This document shows, one piece after another, positions 18,811 to 36,785 of a stretch of 64,000 nucleotides of DNA. The DNA is taken from NCBI RefSeq assembly GCF_009914755.1, contig NC_060940.1; one strand, written 5' to 3'. This DNA is from the human T2T-CHM13v2.0 reference genome, Homo sapiens. The notes beneath the pieces are model-generated. The model ran no database searches. It was not told the DNA's origin and saw nothing but the letters and a program-made list of their open reading frames with translations. The translations under genes were made by a program, and so were the position numbers. Each line of letters opens with the position of its first letter. The first letter of the stretch is position 1.

Positions 18811-19221
18811 CTAAAAATGCAATTTACAAAGTTAAGACACCGATATGGTACCCAGAAACTTCAGTCAGAATCCAGTATAAAGTCTGGAAACCCCTGGTTC
18901 CTAATACCATGCTAGCAAAGCACTGTCAACAGCCTTCAAAGACAACACCCAGTGTATGAACGAAGTTTTGCATCATCTCTTAGGAGAATCCAAGGGACCA
19001 TGGTGGCCGGGACAGCAGAGCCAACTATGTCAGAGAAGAGCCAGTCCTGAAGGCCTGCAGTCTGTGGGCCTTATGCTGTAAAAGCATGGATCAGTTTATC
19101 CAGCTACATAACCTCCCAGGGATCAAAAGTTTCTGGAGGGTCCCTGATGAAGCTCCTGAAAATGCTGAGTGTATGTGACAGGGAACAACAGTCCATCCTG
19201 AACCTGAGTTCCTTCTTTTAA

Positions 19222-19578
<357 letters not shown>

Positions 19579-19998
19579 TGATTCCTCACCTCAAACTCCC
19601 AAAGTGCTGGGATCACAGGCGTGAGCCACCATGCCCAGCCTACAGCTTCCCTGAATACATCAGAGAGCCCAGATCACAGGGCAACAACCAAGTAACCTGA
19701 AATCTAAGGAAAAAAACAACCTCCAAGGATTGACAAAAGGCAATACCAATAGTAACAACTAAGCTAGAATTATTTAAAAATTGTCTACAGGCCAGTGTGA
19801 GCTACCAAGAGAATACAGAATTTCTGGAGGCTGCAACAAAAAGAAAATAAGCTCTTCTCCAGAGGCTCACGAAAACAGCGGGAAGGCCTGAAGGCGGGAT
19901 TAGGGGGAGAAGAGTAACAAACCCTGCAGCCTTAGAGCACCGGTGGAACCCACTGCAGCTAGAGAAAAAACAGGGGAGAAAAAACAAAAACAAACCCT

Positions 19999-20141
19999 AG
20001 TACCCTTGGAGGAGGAGCAGGAATTATGTCCTGGGCCCAGATCTACACTGGGGTGAGGCAGGATCACAAACAGATCCTACCAAGACCCAGGATGCAGTGC
20101 CTGCCTAAGAACCAGGCTGAATCAGAACAGAGACTGGCCCT
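19999..20141 (+). repeat. Dispersed direct repeat, copy B (143 bp)
   Basis: agtacccttg...caggaattatgtcctgggcccagatctacactgggg...gactggccct shared with copy A. Confidence 0.95.
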
Positions 20142-20540
20142 GCCCGCCACCCTATCCCTCTGACAAGGGATGGCTGTCTACTGCTACGAGTGGCAAGAAC
20201 AAGGAGAAAGGCTCTCTCTGAGGTGCAGAGGAAAGTGAAGACCTACAGCTGAGAGAACAGATACTGAAGAAAACTAACAAACTAGCTAGCCCCCAACCTA
20301 AACATCAGCTAACACTAGAGGAATCTGAAGTCTGATATAGTAACTACAGCAACAACAAATCTCACACCCAGCTCAAATCCTGTCTACCAAAAGGAAAGCT
20401 CTACCCAATTCCAGGGATTAAAAACTCCTTACCTCACTGATGGATATGCCAATTACCCTGATTTGATCACTACACATTGTATGCATGTACCAAAATATCA
20501 CATTGTACTCCAATAAATGTGTATAAGTATGTGTCAATTA

Positions 20541-20876
<336 letters not shown>

Positions 20877-21776
20877 CTAAATGATTACTGAAAGATCTTT
20901 TGTAACTATAAAATATTTTATGTCTGCATGTTGTTACTTTTATCACAATAGTATTTTTCAAACTCTAGCTCATAGGTAGCATTTATCTGTACTTCATAGT
21001 AAGGTTCCACTATTTCAGGAAAAGAGGTTAAAGATGGGCATGGTGGCTCACGCCTGGGAGGCTGTGGGAGGATCATTTGAGCCCAGTAGTTTGAGACCAG
21101 CGTGGGTAACATTGCAAGACCCTGTCTCTACAAAAAATACAAATATTTGGTGTAAGTGAGACAGCAAGTGAGACAGAGACAGAGAGAGAGGAAGAGAGTG
21201 TGTGTGTTTGTGTGTGTGTGTTGGGGTGTGGGTGGGAGAATAATAATAAATGAAAAAATTAGTTGGGTATGGTGGCACACGCCTGTAGTCCCAGCTGCTT
21301 GGGAGACTGAGGCAGGAAAATGGCTGGAGTCCAGAAGGTCGAGGCTACAGTGAGCCATGACTGCACCACTGTGCTCCAGCCTAGGTAACAGGGCAACACC
21401 TTGTCTCAAAAAAAAAAAAAAAAAAAAAAACCAAAAGGTTAGTTTTTAGGCAAACAAGTCTTTTAAAAGATAAATAAGTGCTTTAGTGACATAGGTAGCT
21501 TGTATTTTGACCTTTTTCATGCTGTGGTTTCCTATGATTTCCAGGCAACAGGGAAAAAAGCAAACCCTACATCATCTTTCCAGGTTTGCACTATGGCTTT
21601 TAAAGGTAAGTAGATAAAAGATTTATTGCGTAAAAAAAAAAAAAAAAACTCTACCTCAGTGTCTATGGTCCTACATAAGAAGTACAGCTTTCAACAAAAA
21701 ATTATAAGGCAGATGAAAAAGCAAGAAGATACAGGCCTAGTCAAGAGGAAATAAGACACAGTAAGGCAAGTCAGAC

Positions 21777-21900
21777 CTTGTTTCTTCAGCATCTGATAAG
21801 CGTCTCGAATCTTGATGTCTTCCGGAAACCAGACTGTCCAACTGAAGAGTATTTCAATGACTCTTCCTTTAACTTTTCCTGTGGCCCAGGACCCCAGGTA
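21777..21900 (-). CDS. GGA2: GGA2 exon 5 (VHS end: YLGSWATGKVKGRVIEILFSWTVWFPEDIKIRDAYQMLKKQG)
   Basis: Peptide in ORF 21691..22260; tttcag / AAG|gtctga; 124 nt. Confidence 0.97.
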
Positions 21901-22169
21901 CTGAAAGTAAAAAGGAAAGAGAATTCTAGAGCTGGAAGGGACTTGGGAGACCGACACTTTAACTAAAGAGGTAGCTGCTGAGGCCCAGAGACACAAGCTC
22001 CCAGGCGCGGTATGAGTGTGAGGAGAGACTAGAGGCCACACCATCTGGCGCCCAGCCCCGGAGCCCTTCCTGGGATTCAAGGAATTCATCTCGGCAATAC
22101 TCACACTAAACCCCACCATGCAAGAGCCTGGGTCAGAGCCTGTTCTACACCACTGGGGACAGTCATTTT

Positions 22170-23060
22170 TTGCCTTGGACAAGAATATAATAATAAAATT
22201 TGGTCTTTGTTTCCGTTCCTGGCACAGAACTTCAAAAATCCTTGGAATTTCCTGAGTCACAAGAGTGTCTTGTTATTCAAGAGACACACTCGCAGGGTGC
22301 ACCTGAGTTTTCACTAATGACTTACAGTGAGTGCCTAGAGAGCTTCAAGGGCTGGCCACTCCAAAGAGATCAACCTTGTGATCAGAGGGCTGAAACTTTC
22401 AGCCCCATCCCCTGACCGGTGCCCCCACATCCCCCCACCTGTGGAGGTGGTGGGGCGGGCAGGGGGGTGTGAACTAGAGATTGAGTTCAACTATGTGGCC
22501 AATGATTTGACCGATCATGCCTAGGTAATAAAACCTAGTGCTAGTTCAAGCCAGCAATGATGTGTAAAAAAACAAAACAAAACAAAAAAACCTCAGATGA
22601 AAACACTGAAACAAGGAAGCTCAGAGAGCCTCTCAGTTGAACCTACGTTGGGAGGATGGCAAGCTCAGAGTCCAGGGGAGGGCACAGCAGCTCTGTCCCC
22701 TCTTGCCCCACCAAGACCTTGCCTATGTATCGCTTCCATTTGTATCCTTTACAATAAAACAGGGATAGAAAGTATAGTGCTTTCCTGTGTACGTGAATCA
22801 TTCTAGGGAATTATGGAATCTGGGGCGGTGGGGGTCATAGGAACCCCTGAATCTGCAGCTGGGGATGCAGAAGTGCAGCAGCTTGAGGACACATGAGACT
22901 CACGGCTGGCAGCTGAAACACAGGAAGCCTAAGCAGCACTGAGCCCTCACTGCGTGGGGTCCGGGTAGCATGCAACTCAGGGGAGTGTCAGAACTGAAAT
23001 GAACTGTAGGACCCATGGCCAGCATCAGCACTGTTGTGGGAACACAACAAGGCAGGGCTC
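22170..23060. mobile_element. LTR element (MER21-like)
   Basis: tggtctttgtttccgttcctggcacagaacttcaaaaatccttggaatttcctgagt resembles the recalled MER21 consensus; edges approximate. Confidence 0.6.
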
Positions 23061-23459
23061 AATGTTGGTTACCTGAGACTGGCTGAGCTAAGACAGGTGC
23101 CAGGAGGACAGGTACAGAGGACAAGGCAGGAGGTGATAGGAAACTTTCACGCCACCCCTGGGATCTCTCACTGTCTCTATCAGGAACCTGTGCCTCCAAG
23201 CTGGAGTTCCTCATCTCCTCTAGGCCACACGTTCCCCAGGCCTTCTTAAAAGGGAAATGTGAAAATGCTAACAGTGAGGGGCAGGGGTCAGCTAATGAGC
23301 AGAGCCTCTTCCTAGAGCTTGGAGAGGAGAGCGCTTCTTTCACAGGCAGGAGCAGGTTTTGTCCATGCGTGGGCCTGCCTCTGGCCTGAGGAGGGAGCCA
23401 GGAGTTTGACAGTGGGCGTAGGTGCGACACAGTCAGCAGAGCCAAGCCCAGGTACTCAC

Positions 23460-23558
23460 CTTTGGGGACAACACTTTGATCAGTTCGTTCAGGAAACGAA
23501 ATTTGGCCACCTCGCTGTGGAACTTCTCCCCACAGTGGTTCATGCACATCTCCAGCAC
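23460..23558 (-). CDS. GGA2: GGA2 exon 4 (VHS: VLEMCMNHCGEKFHSEVAKFRFLNELIKVLSPK)
   Basis: Peptide visible in ORF 23433..23801; tgcag / AAG|gtgagt; 99 nt. Confidence 0.98.
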
Positions 23559-24402
23559 CTGCACAGACACAGGACCCCCAGGAGAAGGTGGAAAGCCAGT
23601 GGTCCCAGGCTCCCCTCCAGGCTGGTAATCACTTGCTGGAGACTGCGCTGGAACCAAGGCTAACCCTGCCTCAAGCCTATGAGGACACTGAAGTTTTGAT
23701 GAAGAGGACGTTTTCAGATCAAGAAAAAAATGTCCCCTGTTCAATCTTGCTATAACTGCCTGAGGTTTATGTCCAGGAAATAGCTTAGTGAGGTATGTCA
23801 AACCCTGAGGTCACCCCACCTTTTAAGGAGACCCTTTGAGAGGAGAAAGTGGCTAAAGAACCAACCCCTCCCCAGAGGCAGAGATCTGGTATCCAGTGCC
23901 CAAGACCAGCCGGATGTCACCCACTGGCACTCAAGAGGCAAGCTGAGCCTGCAGACCCCTCCTCTCGTCCATACTGTGGCTTTCAACACTGCAAATTAGT
24001 CACCAACATCTAAACACTCAAACATATACAAAGACCTAAACTAGCAACCCTGAGCCCATACTCATACCTGCCAACAGCTAGTGGGCCCTGTGCTAGAACT
24101 GCCCTCTCTAGAAAAGGCACATGAACTTGCCAGCCCTGGTCTAAGAAGGGCAAATGAAATAAAACCTTCCTTTCCTTCTCCCACAGTAGACTCAATGCTG
24201 CCCTGAAGAAACAGACGAGAAACAGGAGGAAGAAGGGTGGGGACCCTGGCCCAGATCTCCCTCCTCCAACCTGCTGTGAAGGTAAACCTCTCAGGGGACC
24301 TCCCTTCTCCAGTGAAAAGGATCTGTGTGGAAGCAAAGCGCCTCTCGGCTCTCTATAGCACAAGGACAGGAAAGGTTAGGCTACAAGGCAAGCCAAACTC
24401 AC

Positions 24403-24478
24403 CGTTAAGGCATAAAGAGCTTCCTTCTCTTGCGGAGACTGGATCTTGTGGGCCAGTAGCCAGGGCGCATGTGTGGGG
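24403..24478 (-). CDS. GGA2: GGA2 exon 3 (VHS: PTHAPWLLAHKIQSPQEKEALYALT)
   Basis: ctgtag acceptor, ACG|gtgagt donor, 76 nt; cumulative 252 nt. Confidence 0.97.
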
Positions 24479-24814
24479 CTACAGGGAAACAAAAAGACCT
24501 AGACTCTGGGCGGGCAAAAAGAAACTAACCCGAGTGGCTGAGCATGCTCAGTAAAATCACTTTTCTTCCAGGGGCTGGTGTCCAAAAGCAGAGGTGGAGC
24601 GTGCCTGACAAACAGGCCACGCGGGGGCCCTGGAGAGGGCCACCTCGCACCCACCCTGGTTGCACCTACAGCACCCAAGGTCCTCCTCCTGCCCAGGGCA
24701 CACTGCCCTCCCCTCAGCCAACCCCCAGCCCCCAAACTCCAAGCTGCCAGTCCCAGCCCAGTCCCATGAGTAGCCACAGCAGCACAGGCCCTGTATGGCT
24801 GTGATAAATACCTA

Positions 24815-25309
<495 letters not shown>

Positions 25310-25788
25310 TTAAAATTACATTTAAATGGTGGAGAATACACAGATCTCTTTTAATTAGGTAACGTGTCTATAGTCTATCAGTAACATTCAGAGTTCTCCT
25401 CAGCATTAGTGTTTTATAACAGTATTTAAAATTAATAACTGCCAGTTGCAAGTGAGCTATCCTGTGTTTTTTTTCCCCCACATGAATTTGCTAATTTTAG
25501 AAAAATAATGTTCTCAGGATTATAGGGGAAAATGAGAGAATGAATGCCAGCCTGACTGCATTTCTATTTTTTTGAGACAGAGTCTCTCACTCTGTCACCC
25601 AGGCAGGTCTCAAACTCCTGGGCTCAAGCAATCCTCCTGCCTTGGTCTCCCAAACTGTTGGGATTATAGGCATGAGCCACCGATCCTTGCCTAGAGAGCT
25701 TAACCCTAAAACAATCTTGAGAGACAAAGGCCTACACTCAGTGTGGGGTGCCCCCAGAGTCAACTATGTGTGTGAGAAGTTACCTTAC

Positions 25789-25873
25789 CCATTGGGGTCA
25801 GTGTTCACCTGCTCACAGAAATTCTGGATAGCTGACCAATCCTGTTCCGACATGCTTGGGTCTGTGGCTTTGT
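25789..25873 (-). CDS. GGA2: GGA2 exon 2 (VHS domain: NKATDPSMSEQDWSAIQNFCEQVNTDPNG)
   Basis: ttgacag acceptor, GG|gtaagg donor, 85 nt, frame continues from exon 1. Confidence 0.97.
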
Positions 25874-26234
25874 CTGTCAAATAAATAATAAAGTTAGAGA
25901 GTACATAATAGGAAGAAATTTACACCCCTCCCCATACACATGGTGGCCAAGAGCTGTCTTATCACAGATCTACAGGATCAGACCAGTGGGCAGACAGCTG
26001 GAAGGAGAGGAATTGTGCCTGCGCTGCCTACCACCACCCAGCACAGCATTGGGCACATGGTATGCCCTTACTGAATATTTGCTGATTGAATGAACCAGCA
26101 AATTAACAAGCTGGCTGGGCACAGTGGCTCATGCCTGTAATCCCGGCATTTTGGGAGGCCGAGGTGGGGGGAATCATTTGAGGTCAGAAGTTTGAGACTA
26201 GCCTGACCAACATGATGAAACCCCATCTCTACTA

Positions 26235-26621
<387 letters not shown>

Positions 26622-26890
26622 TCATAAAACTTCCAGTGGCAGCATGGTGGCTCACACCTGTAATCCCAGCACTTCATGGGGCTGAGGTGCATCGCTTGAG
26701 CCCAGGAGTTTGAGACCAGCATGGGCAACATGGGGAAATCACATGCCTACTAAAATTTTAAAAAATTAAGACCAGGCGCGATGGCTCACGCCTGTAATCC
26801 CAGCACTTTGGGAAGCCGAGGCAGGTAGATCACTTGAGTTCAGGAGTTTGAGACCAGCCTTGCCAACATGGTGAAACCCTGTGTCTACTA

Positions 26891-27019
<129 letters not shown>

Positions 27020-28134
27020 TCAGCCTGGGCAACAGAGCGAGACTCCATCTAAAAAAAAAAAAAAAAAATTAGCTGGGCGTGGTGGCATGTGACTGTAGTC
27101 ACAGCTACTCAGGAAGCTGAAGTGGAAAGACTGCTTGAGGCTGAGGCTGCAGTGAGCCAAGATCATGCCACTGCACTCCAACCTGGGTGGGAGAGCAAGA
27201 TCCTGCCTCAAAAACAAAAAAAAAAACAACCACCCTTCCAACTCCCCTCTGGCCATCTGGTCCTGGCCTGCCCAGCCTCTCTGATGAGAAACCGTACTGG
27301 TTCTGACAGAGCAGCTCTTTTAGGCTCTGGAAATGAGGCGTTGCTTCTCGGGGCAGTACTTCTGACATTATTATCCTCCTGGCCCGAGTGTCCACTCTGT
27401 TCCTCTCAGTGCCCTATCCATATTCTTCCAGACCCATCTGAATTTCCAGCTCCTGCAGAAAACTTCCTCCCGCTGCGCCAACCCCACTGCTTCTCCCTCT
27501 GATTACTCAACACAGCACAGTCCGAGTTGAATTTTTCCTGACTGCAGTCACATTTATGTCACGTGGAAGTCATGTGTCTAGATAGGGAGGGTCAACGGAC
27601 AGGTAATCACCATCTTCCTGCCCACTGACTCCATTCTAAGTGAAGAGAGAACACAAGGGCGAGGGAAGGATCAGTGATTGATTCCTATATTCTCCTCCCC
27701 ACCCCCGCAAAGCTCTCTCCCATGTTCCGTATCTTAAAATCCTATCTACCCTTGAGTCCCAAGTCACATTCCACCCTAAAGACTTCTCTGACCTTTTTAT
27801 CTCCCGTCCCCATAAAACAAAAGCTGTCTCCTCCTCCTCTGAACAGATATTTTATCTGCCCCTTCTCCGATAGGGATCTCCAGCTACACCCATTAGTCAC
27901 ATGTACTTGGACTCGCTGAGCCTCAGTTTCCTCAACTATAAAATAAAGAAAATAGGGCCAGGTGCTGCAGCTCATGCCTATGATCCCAGCACTCTGGGAA
28001 GCCAAGGCAGGAGGACCGCTTGAGCCTAGGAGGTTGAGACCAGCCTGAGCAACATAACGAGACCCAATCTCCACAGAAATTTTTAAAAAAAATTAGTCAG
28101 AAGGCTGGGCGCAGTGGCTCATGCCTTAATCCTA

Positions 28135-28434
<300 letters not shown>

Positions 28435-29083
28435 TCAGGAGCATCACTTGAGCCCAGGAGGTGGAGGCTACAGTGAGCTATGATTGTGCAACTGCACTCC
28501 AGCCTGGGGGGACAAAATGAGACCCCGTCTCAAAAATAATAATAAAAACAGTCTGGGCACAGTGTCTCATGCCTGTAATCCCAGCACTTTGGAGGCCAAG
28601 GTAGGAGGATCGCCTGAACCCAGGACTTCGTGACAAGCCTGGGCAACATAGTGAGGCCCCATCTCTACAAATATGTTTACAAAAAATAAAACAAGGAAAA
28701 TAGTACCTTCCTCATGGGACTGTCATGTGATTTAAAGGGGAAGGGTCTAAAATGCTTAGTACAGCAGCATGCAGTAAGAGGTCTACAAAGGATAATTGTT
28801 TATTATTACGTACAGTCTCTGGCTTTTACTGTAATATGTAGACATGTCTTGTCCTACCTAAAGAGAATGAAACCTTAAGGGCAGAAGCCATATCTTCCCT
28901 ACAGTGCCTTACCCATACGTACAACATAGAAACTCATCAAATAAATTATTTAAAGCAGTGATTCTCAGCGATTATGTGTCTGAATCACCTAAAGTCTACA
29001 CCATTTAAGCTTCTGTTTCAGTTCACTACAAGGTCAAGGTTGACACCTCAAAAGAATTCTGACTTCAGCATGTGACTGGACCT

Positions 29084-29160
29084 GGAGGGAGAGAAGAGCA
29101 GAGGCAGGGAGAGAACAGGGGGAGGCAGGGAGAGAACAGGAGAGGCAGAGAACAGGAGGC
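29084..29160 (+). repeat. Short purine-rich tandem repeat (~20-21-bp unit gaggcagggagagaacagg)
   Basis: About 3-4 degenerate copies visible. Confidence 0.7.
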
Positions 29161-29238
29161 ATGGCCCAAGCTCCCCTCACAGAATCCAGAGCCTTCTCAC
29201 TCCTCCCTGGCTGCCAAGTGAAAGAGACACAGCACTGA

Positions 29239-29463
<225 letters not shown>

Positions 29464-30436
29464 TAGTCTCGAACTACTGACCTCGTGATCCGTCCACCTC
29501 AGCCTCCCAAAGTAGTGGGATTACAGGTGTGAGCTACCACACCCGGCCGGCACCAGCTTTCTTTAAGAAAGAAAAAACCTCTCTGAGGTTAAATTACGTT
29601 CCAAACCCTTAACCAAGGCCAAGCAGCAATACAATCCACAAAATGTAAGGAGGTTTCTTTCTTATTTGCTAGAGCTTGTATCATGAGGACTCAATCAAGA
29701 TTTATTGGTAATCCCAGAACTTTGAGAGGCCGAGGCGGGAAGATCCCGAGTAGGGACGGGGTTTCACCATGTTAGCCAGGATGGTCTCGATCTCCTGACC
29801 TCGTGATCCGCCCGCCTCGGCCCCCCAAAGTGTTAGGATTACAGATGTGAGCCACTGTGCCCGGCTCAGTTTTCTTTTACATAAGCCTCTTCATTTGTTG
29901 AAACCATAAGACCTTCCTCACAGTGTAGAAACCTGAAAGCTCCCAGCAGCCAGCAATGAATGAAAGGTAGGGGTGGGGCCGCTGGCAGGGCGGGGCCTGG
30001 TGAACCACGTGCCTAGGCTCCCGCATCACGATGGGAACAGGGCATGTGGAGGGGACTCTGGGCCAGATTGGTTCCTGGGAACCAGGAGAGAGCTCTGGTG
30101 GTTGGCAGGGCAACCTCCTTCAGTTGGTGGGAAGCAGTGGAAGGAAGAGGAGCTCTCTCTGTGCTCTCTTCTCCGCAATCACAGCTCTCAGGCTTGTTGT
30201 ATCTAGACCCATTCTAAGGAAACCAAACAGGTTCCCAAGGGACCCTTGTAGACAAGGCAGCTCAGGGGAGGCAGCTGAGGTGGGGTGCGGGCTGCTAGTG
30301 GGGAGCAGCCCCACAGCCAAGGGCTGGCCCTGCCAGCGTGCCTTTGCTGGGAAGAGGTATAAGTGCTGAGCTCTGCAGACTTGGAAGCAAGGGAAGGCCC
30401 AAGCTACCGGAGAGGAGCCAGGAGCCGAGCTGCCTC

Positions 30437-31770
<1,334 letters not shown>

Positions 31771-33888
31771 AAGAGAGAAATTAACATTATAAGATCCTAA
31801 ACTTCTCAACTGTAAAGACTAGAAAATATCACTTCTGCTGAAAGAAACAACAAAATTAGGATTTTCTTTTTTTGTTGTTTAGGATTTTCATCGAGAGGAA
31901 ACATCTTCAAGTTAGCCACTTGAAGGAACTGGGTGATGGTGGTATGAACAGTGGGTGCCAGGTGCTTTCTGCCCTTCTTGTTCCACTGGGTCCAGATGGC
32001 ATTCCTAGGGCACCACCTTCTTGAACAACTCTTGGGGAGAAGGAGTGTCACATGGACACAGCACATCCCTGCTCAGAGTCCACAATCACCCACAGTCTCA
32101 AGCAGGTGCCAGTGATGTCCACAGTCACCCACAGTCCCTAGCATGTGACAGTGGTCTGAGCTGAGCTGGAGTCCAAAAAACTTTAGAATTGGCTCCAGAT
32201 TTGTGAGAGCACCTGGGTATGGTTCTCTGCCCACTGAGGCACTGAATGCATGATGGCCCAAAACTCAACAATGGTGGGAAGAGAGAGTGGCATCGGGGCA
32301 AGGCTGTCATTACTCCAAGCACCAGGGTGGCCCAGGCCTGCTCATCTACTCTTTGGAGGGAATCTGTGCATGTGAAATGAGGCCCCTACGTCATGATTAT
32401 AAAGGAAGAGATGAAATCAGTTCATCTTACCCCAGGCCGATAATGGTCATGCCACCTAGGGAAGCAGTAAAAGACCTGGTCTTGGGATTGTTAGGGGAGC
32501 TACCGAAGTGAAAACTGAATTTACCCACTTCCAGGAAAACAACAAAAGAGGAACATCTGGGTTCAAACCTTTATCAGAAGATCATTTACCCAGCTAATCT
32601 TGCTGTGGTGCATTGTATGGTCTCAGCAATTGTCAACAAAAGCCTCTTAATAATTCTAACACAGGGACACACTGCAACTCACATTTTCCAGTGCACCTCA
32701 GTGGTTAAAGAGATTGCTGGTGCTGCCTGCATCTGTCAGTCTGTTCACATATGGAGAGGAGCAGCGGTTCTCACGGGAGCAGCTTCTGCATCCTGAGGAA
32801 GTTTGCCCAGACATTTCTGGTTGTAATAGCTGGTGGCTCCCACTGACATGCAGTCAACAATGGGAATCCTATGGTGCACAGGACTGCACCCCTTCTCAGT
32901 CAAAAAGGAATTTTCTGGCTTCCAAAATAGAAAGTGCTGAGGATCAACTGCCCCAGAGTCTACAAGGGAAACACTTTCTGAGACTTTCTTTTTTTCTTAC
33001 AAGAACACCAGATCCCCACCAATGTGAGATGTCAGATTAAGTTTTTGTGGAAGGGTGGATATTGGGGGCAGAATCCTAAGACGCCCCATGATCTCTGCTG
33101 TCTTTTGTTACACCCTGAATCCTCATCTTTCCTTGGGTATGGCCAGACCTGTGCCTTGTTCAGAACATTTGAATATGGCAAAGTGAGGGAGTGGCTCTCT
33201 GGGAGTTACCTTTCCTTTCCTTTTATCGGGAACAATAGGAATCCCTATTTTCTTTCTTGTGTTTGCTTTCACAATACAGTGGTTTGGAATATCCCACTGT
33301 CGATTTGCAATTTCCTCCTCCAACCATAGTCTATAGCCCTTTATACGTAATTGAATATTTTCATGTATTGATTTTTTGTGTCTGAAGATGAAATATTAGA
33401 TGAAACATGTTAAAACATTTCATGCAAAGCCTTCAGTGGTTGTAGAGTCTACTCTTTGGTGAATACACAAATTGATCTATTTTATATATTAAAAATTGTA
33501 TTAGTTGTAATAATGATATTTTCTTTTTTATCTTTACTTGTAAGATATAGTTACTTAAATGTTTCCAAAATTAATGATATTATATCTTATATTTGATTTA
33601 AAACACTACTAGGATATTTGGATTGATAGTTGAAAATAAATGGCAAAATAAGAATTGCTGAAACCTAGTGATAATGTACTTACGATGAGTTTATTATCTA
33701 TTATCCCATCATTGTTAAATTTTTAAATTTCCATGAAAACCTATACACAAGAACTTAAAATGTTGTGTAAAATACTTCGTGCCCTGCACTTTAGCTCCAC
33801 TGCATACTGAATAAAAGGAAAACGGATTTTCCTATGGGGGGAAAAAAGATTTATCATGGCTCAAAAGTAACAGTAACCGTCATTTTTA

Positions 33889-34206
<318 letters not shown>

Positions 34207-36579
34207 CTACTATGGGTCAGATACCATGCCAGATGTCCTCAGAACAATCCAGGTTGGCACGATCATCTACACCATTTTACAGATGAAGAAACCTACCCAA
34301 CCACAAAGCAAGGGAGTGGCAGAAACAAAAATTAAGTCATAGGCTGGCCCAGCTCCACAGCCTGGATGTGTTTCTAACCACTCTTGCGGTGAGGTCTTCA
34401 GTTCCTTGACAAAGTTAGGGCCTCTCTTGGAAGCCAGCTTGATCTTCGTGCTCATAAACTCCTTGAAGGCAAAAAGCAGGCCTGTCTCATTCACTCTCAC
34501 AGGCTCTAGTACCTAGAAGAGTTGCTGGCAGGTATCTACTGAATGAACGATTCCTCTTTTGCTAGACAGTGTTTGGCCAGCTGGCTGGACATACTGATAA
34601 CACGGAGAGATGGCTATCTCAGTTCTGAAATAACTGGGCCCCTAAACACATAATCCCAGCCTGCACAAACTATTTCAGAAGACTTGAGCAGCTCCAAAAA
34701 ATGACCCCCAGGGGGCCAGCAGCTGGGTCTGACCAAGCCACAGCAACCGCCGTAGGTCTGTTTGACACCAATCTGCTCCAAGGACTAGCTAGGGGCCAGA
34801 CAGGGCACGGCCAGGGAGAAATTCAAAGGATGCCTTCTCTGTTTTGGGCTATCCCAGACTCCAAGGTGGTTTATTTATAGCTGGCACTTGAGCAGGACAG
34901 AGGGGTGCTGAGAAATAGCACTGCTGCCATGTATTTCCTCACTAAAAGCAGTGTTTGTATGATTCATTTCAAGCGTGCTACAGGGCCAGAGGTGTTAAGA
35001 AAACAGCTGAGACCTCCGGCTGTGAGTGAAATGGCTCATCCAAGAGTGACTAATTCAGAAGCCAAACCATCCCACGTCAGCTGCCAACCAACCACCGGGG
35101 TCATGACCCTGGCACCAGCAGCCGCCTGTGCTAGCAAGGGGAGCCCCAAGACTGTGAGGAAGTGGTCACCCCGAGGAGCAGAATGCAATCCTTCAGCAGT
35201 CCACGCTGCAGGGGGACTCCTTCCCTGGGAGGGACACGTGGACCCCAAGAGTCCGGCAATCATACAATTCAGCACATGTGAAAACCTCCAAGACTCAGCA
35301 TGGGAATGTCCTACTCATCACCTGGGAGTAGGACCAAGTGGAAGGAAGAAACAGATTTACTGAGCACCCAACTTTTACTAAGCCATGGCCTCCCTGGTAG
35401 CGCTACCAGAGCTAGAATTCTAGAGCCCAAGAGGACTGAGTGCTGTTTTTAATAGCGCAAGGCTAGCAACACCTAAGATGTCTACCAACAGGGACCCGGT
35501 TAAATGGATCCTAGGACACCCATACAACGGGGCGTCTAAGGCTTTTCATTTAAAAGAACAAGGCGGCTACATCTGCAGTCATGTGGAATAATGACCAAAA
35601 TACATGAAGTGGAAAAAAACACCACAGAACTGAATGACAGAATGCACAGGCGCTGCCGTTTGTACTTTTAAGGCATGAGATTCTGGTAACGGCTTCCTGA
35701 TACTCCTCTGGGAACAACCCCTCTCCTCAATTCCAGGTCCCCCATTCACCCTCCCCACCTTTGGCTCTGGGTTGGGTACTGTCCCCCACCCCACCCCACC
35801 CCAGGTCTGGCCATCTTCATATTTCATGACCCCAGGTCATGCTGACTCCAAGGTGGACATAAAACCCAAGCCAACAGGCGGAAGAACAATAACTCTTGCA
35901 AATCAATGGGGAAAAGAAATTCTGCTGAGATTGCAGTAGGGAGAAGAGCAAAGCAGAGAAAATTCAATCAAAGAAGTGAACCGTGGAGCTCCTGGACTGA
36001 GCCTACCCCTACTCTGGGACTTTCTTTACTTTCCTTTTTTTGGTAAGCGGGTATGGGTATGAGTTAGTTTCAATTACTTGCAGCTATAAAAGCCTAATGA
36101 TAATAATAGCTAGCGCTTCTTGGGCACTTACTACAAGCATAGTAAGGCACTATTTTAAGTGCTTTCTGTGTATTAAAGCCTTTGATTCTCTCAACAACCC
36201 TAAGAAGAGGTTTTATTACTCTCTTCCCATCTTAAAGATACAGCTGCCTTGTTTGCAGGGACCTGATCTTGGCCAGTCCTCAGACACCACCCCCTGGTGA
36301 CTTCATGTAGCTCAGACCCATGAGCTTTTGCCTTCAACTACACCCATGTCTTGGCCATACTATCAATCCCACGACCCCCTTATCCCTCCATTGCAGCACC
36401 AATGGCCCACCATCCCCAACAAATCTGACTTAACCCATCGTTCACTTCATCTTCTCTGCTCCTACTCCCAGAAGAAAACAACAACAAATACAGCCATGAA
36501 GACTGCAACCCACATTCCTGATGTCCAGTCAGCATTCTGCAGTCCTCACTCAGGAACTCAGCGGGGAGATGGGTAGGAG

Positions 36580-36785
36580 TGATCCCATCCCACTCAACCC
36601 TGGGGAAACATGGCAGTATCTGGTGACATTTTTGGCTGTTATGACTGGGAGGAAGGGTGTGAGCTTTGGTATCCAGTGGATTTAGCCCAGGGATGCCACT
36701 AAACATCCTACAGTGCACAGGTCAGCCCCCACAACACAGAATTATCGGGCCCAAGATGTCACTCGTGCAAAGGTTGAGAAACCCA
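36580..36785 (+). mobile_element. MER20 fragment
   Basis: gacatttttggctgttatgactggg...taaacatcctacagtgcacagg...aggttgagaaaccc. Confidence 0.8.
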
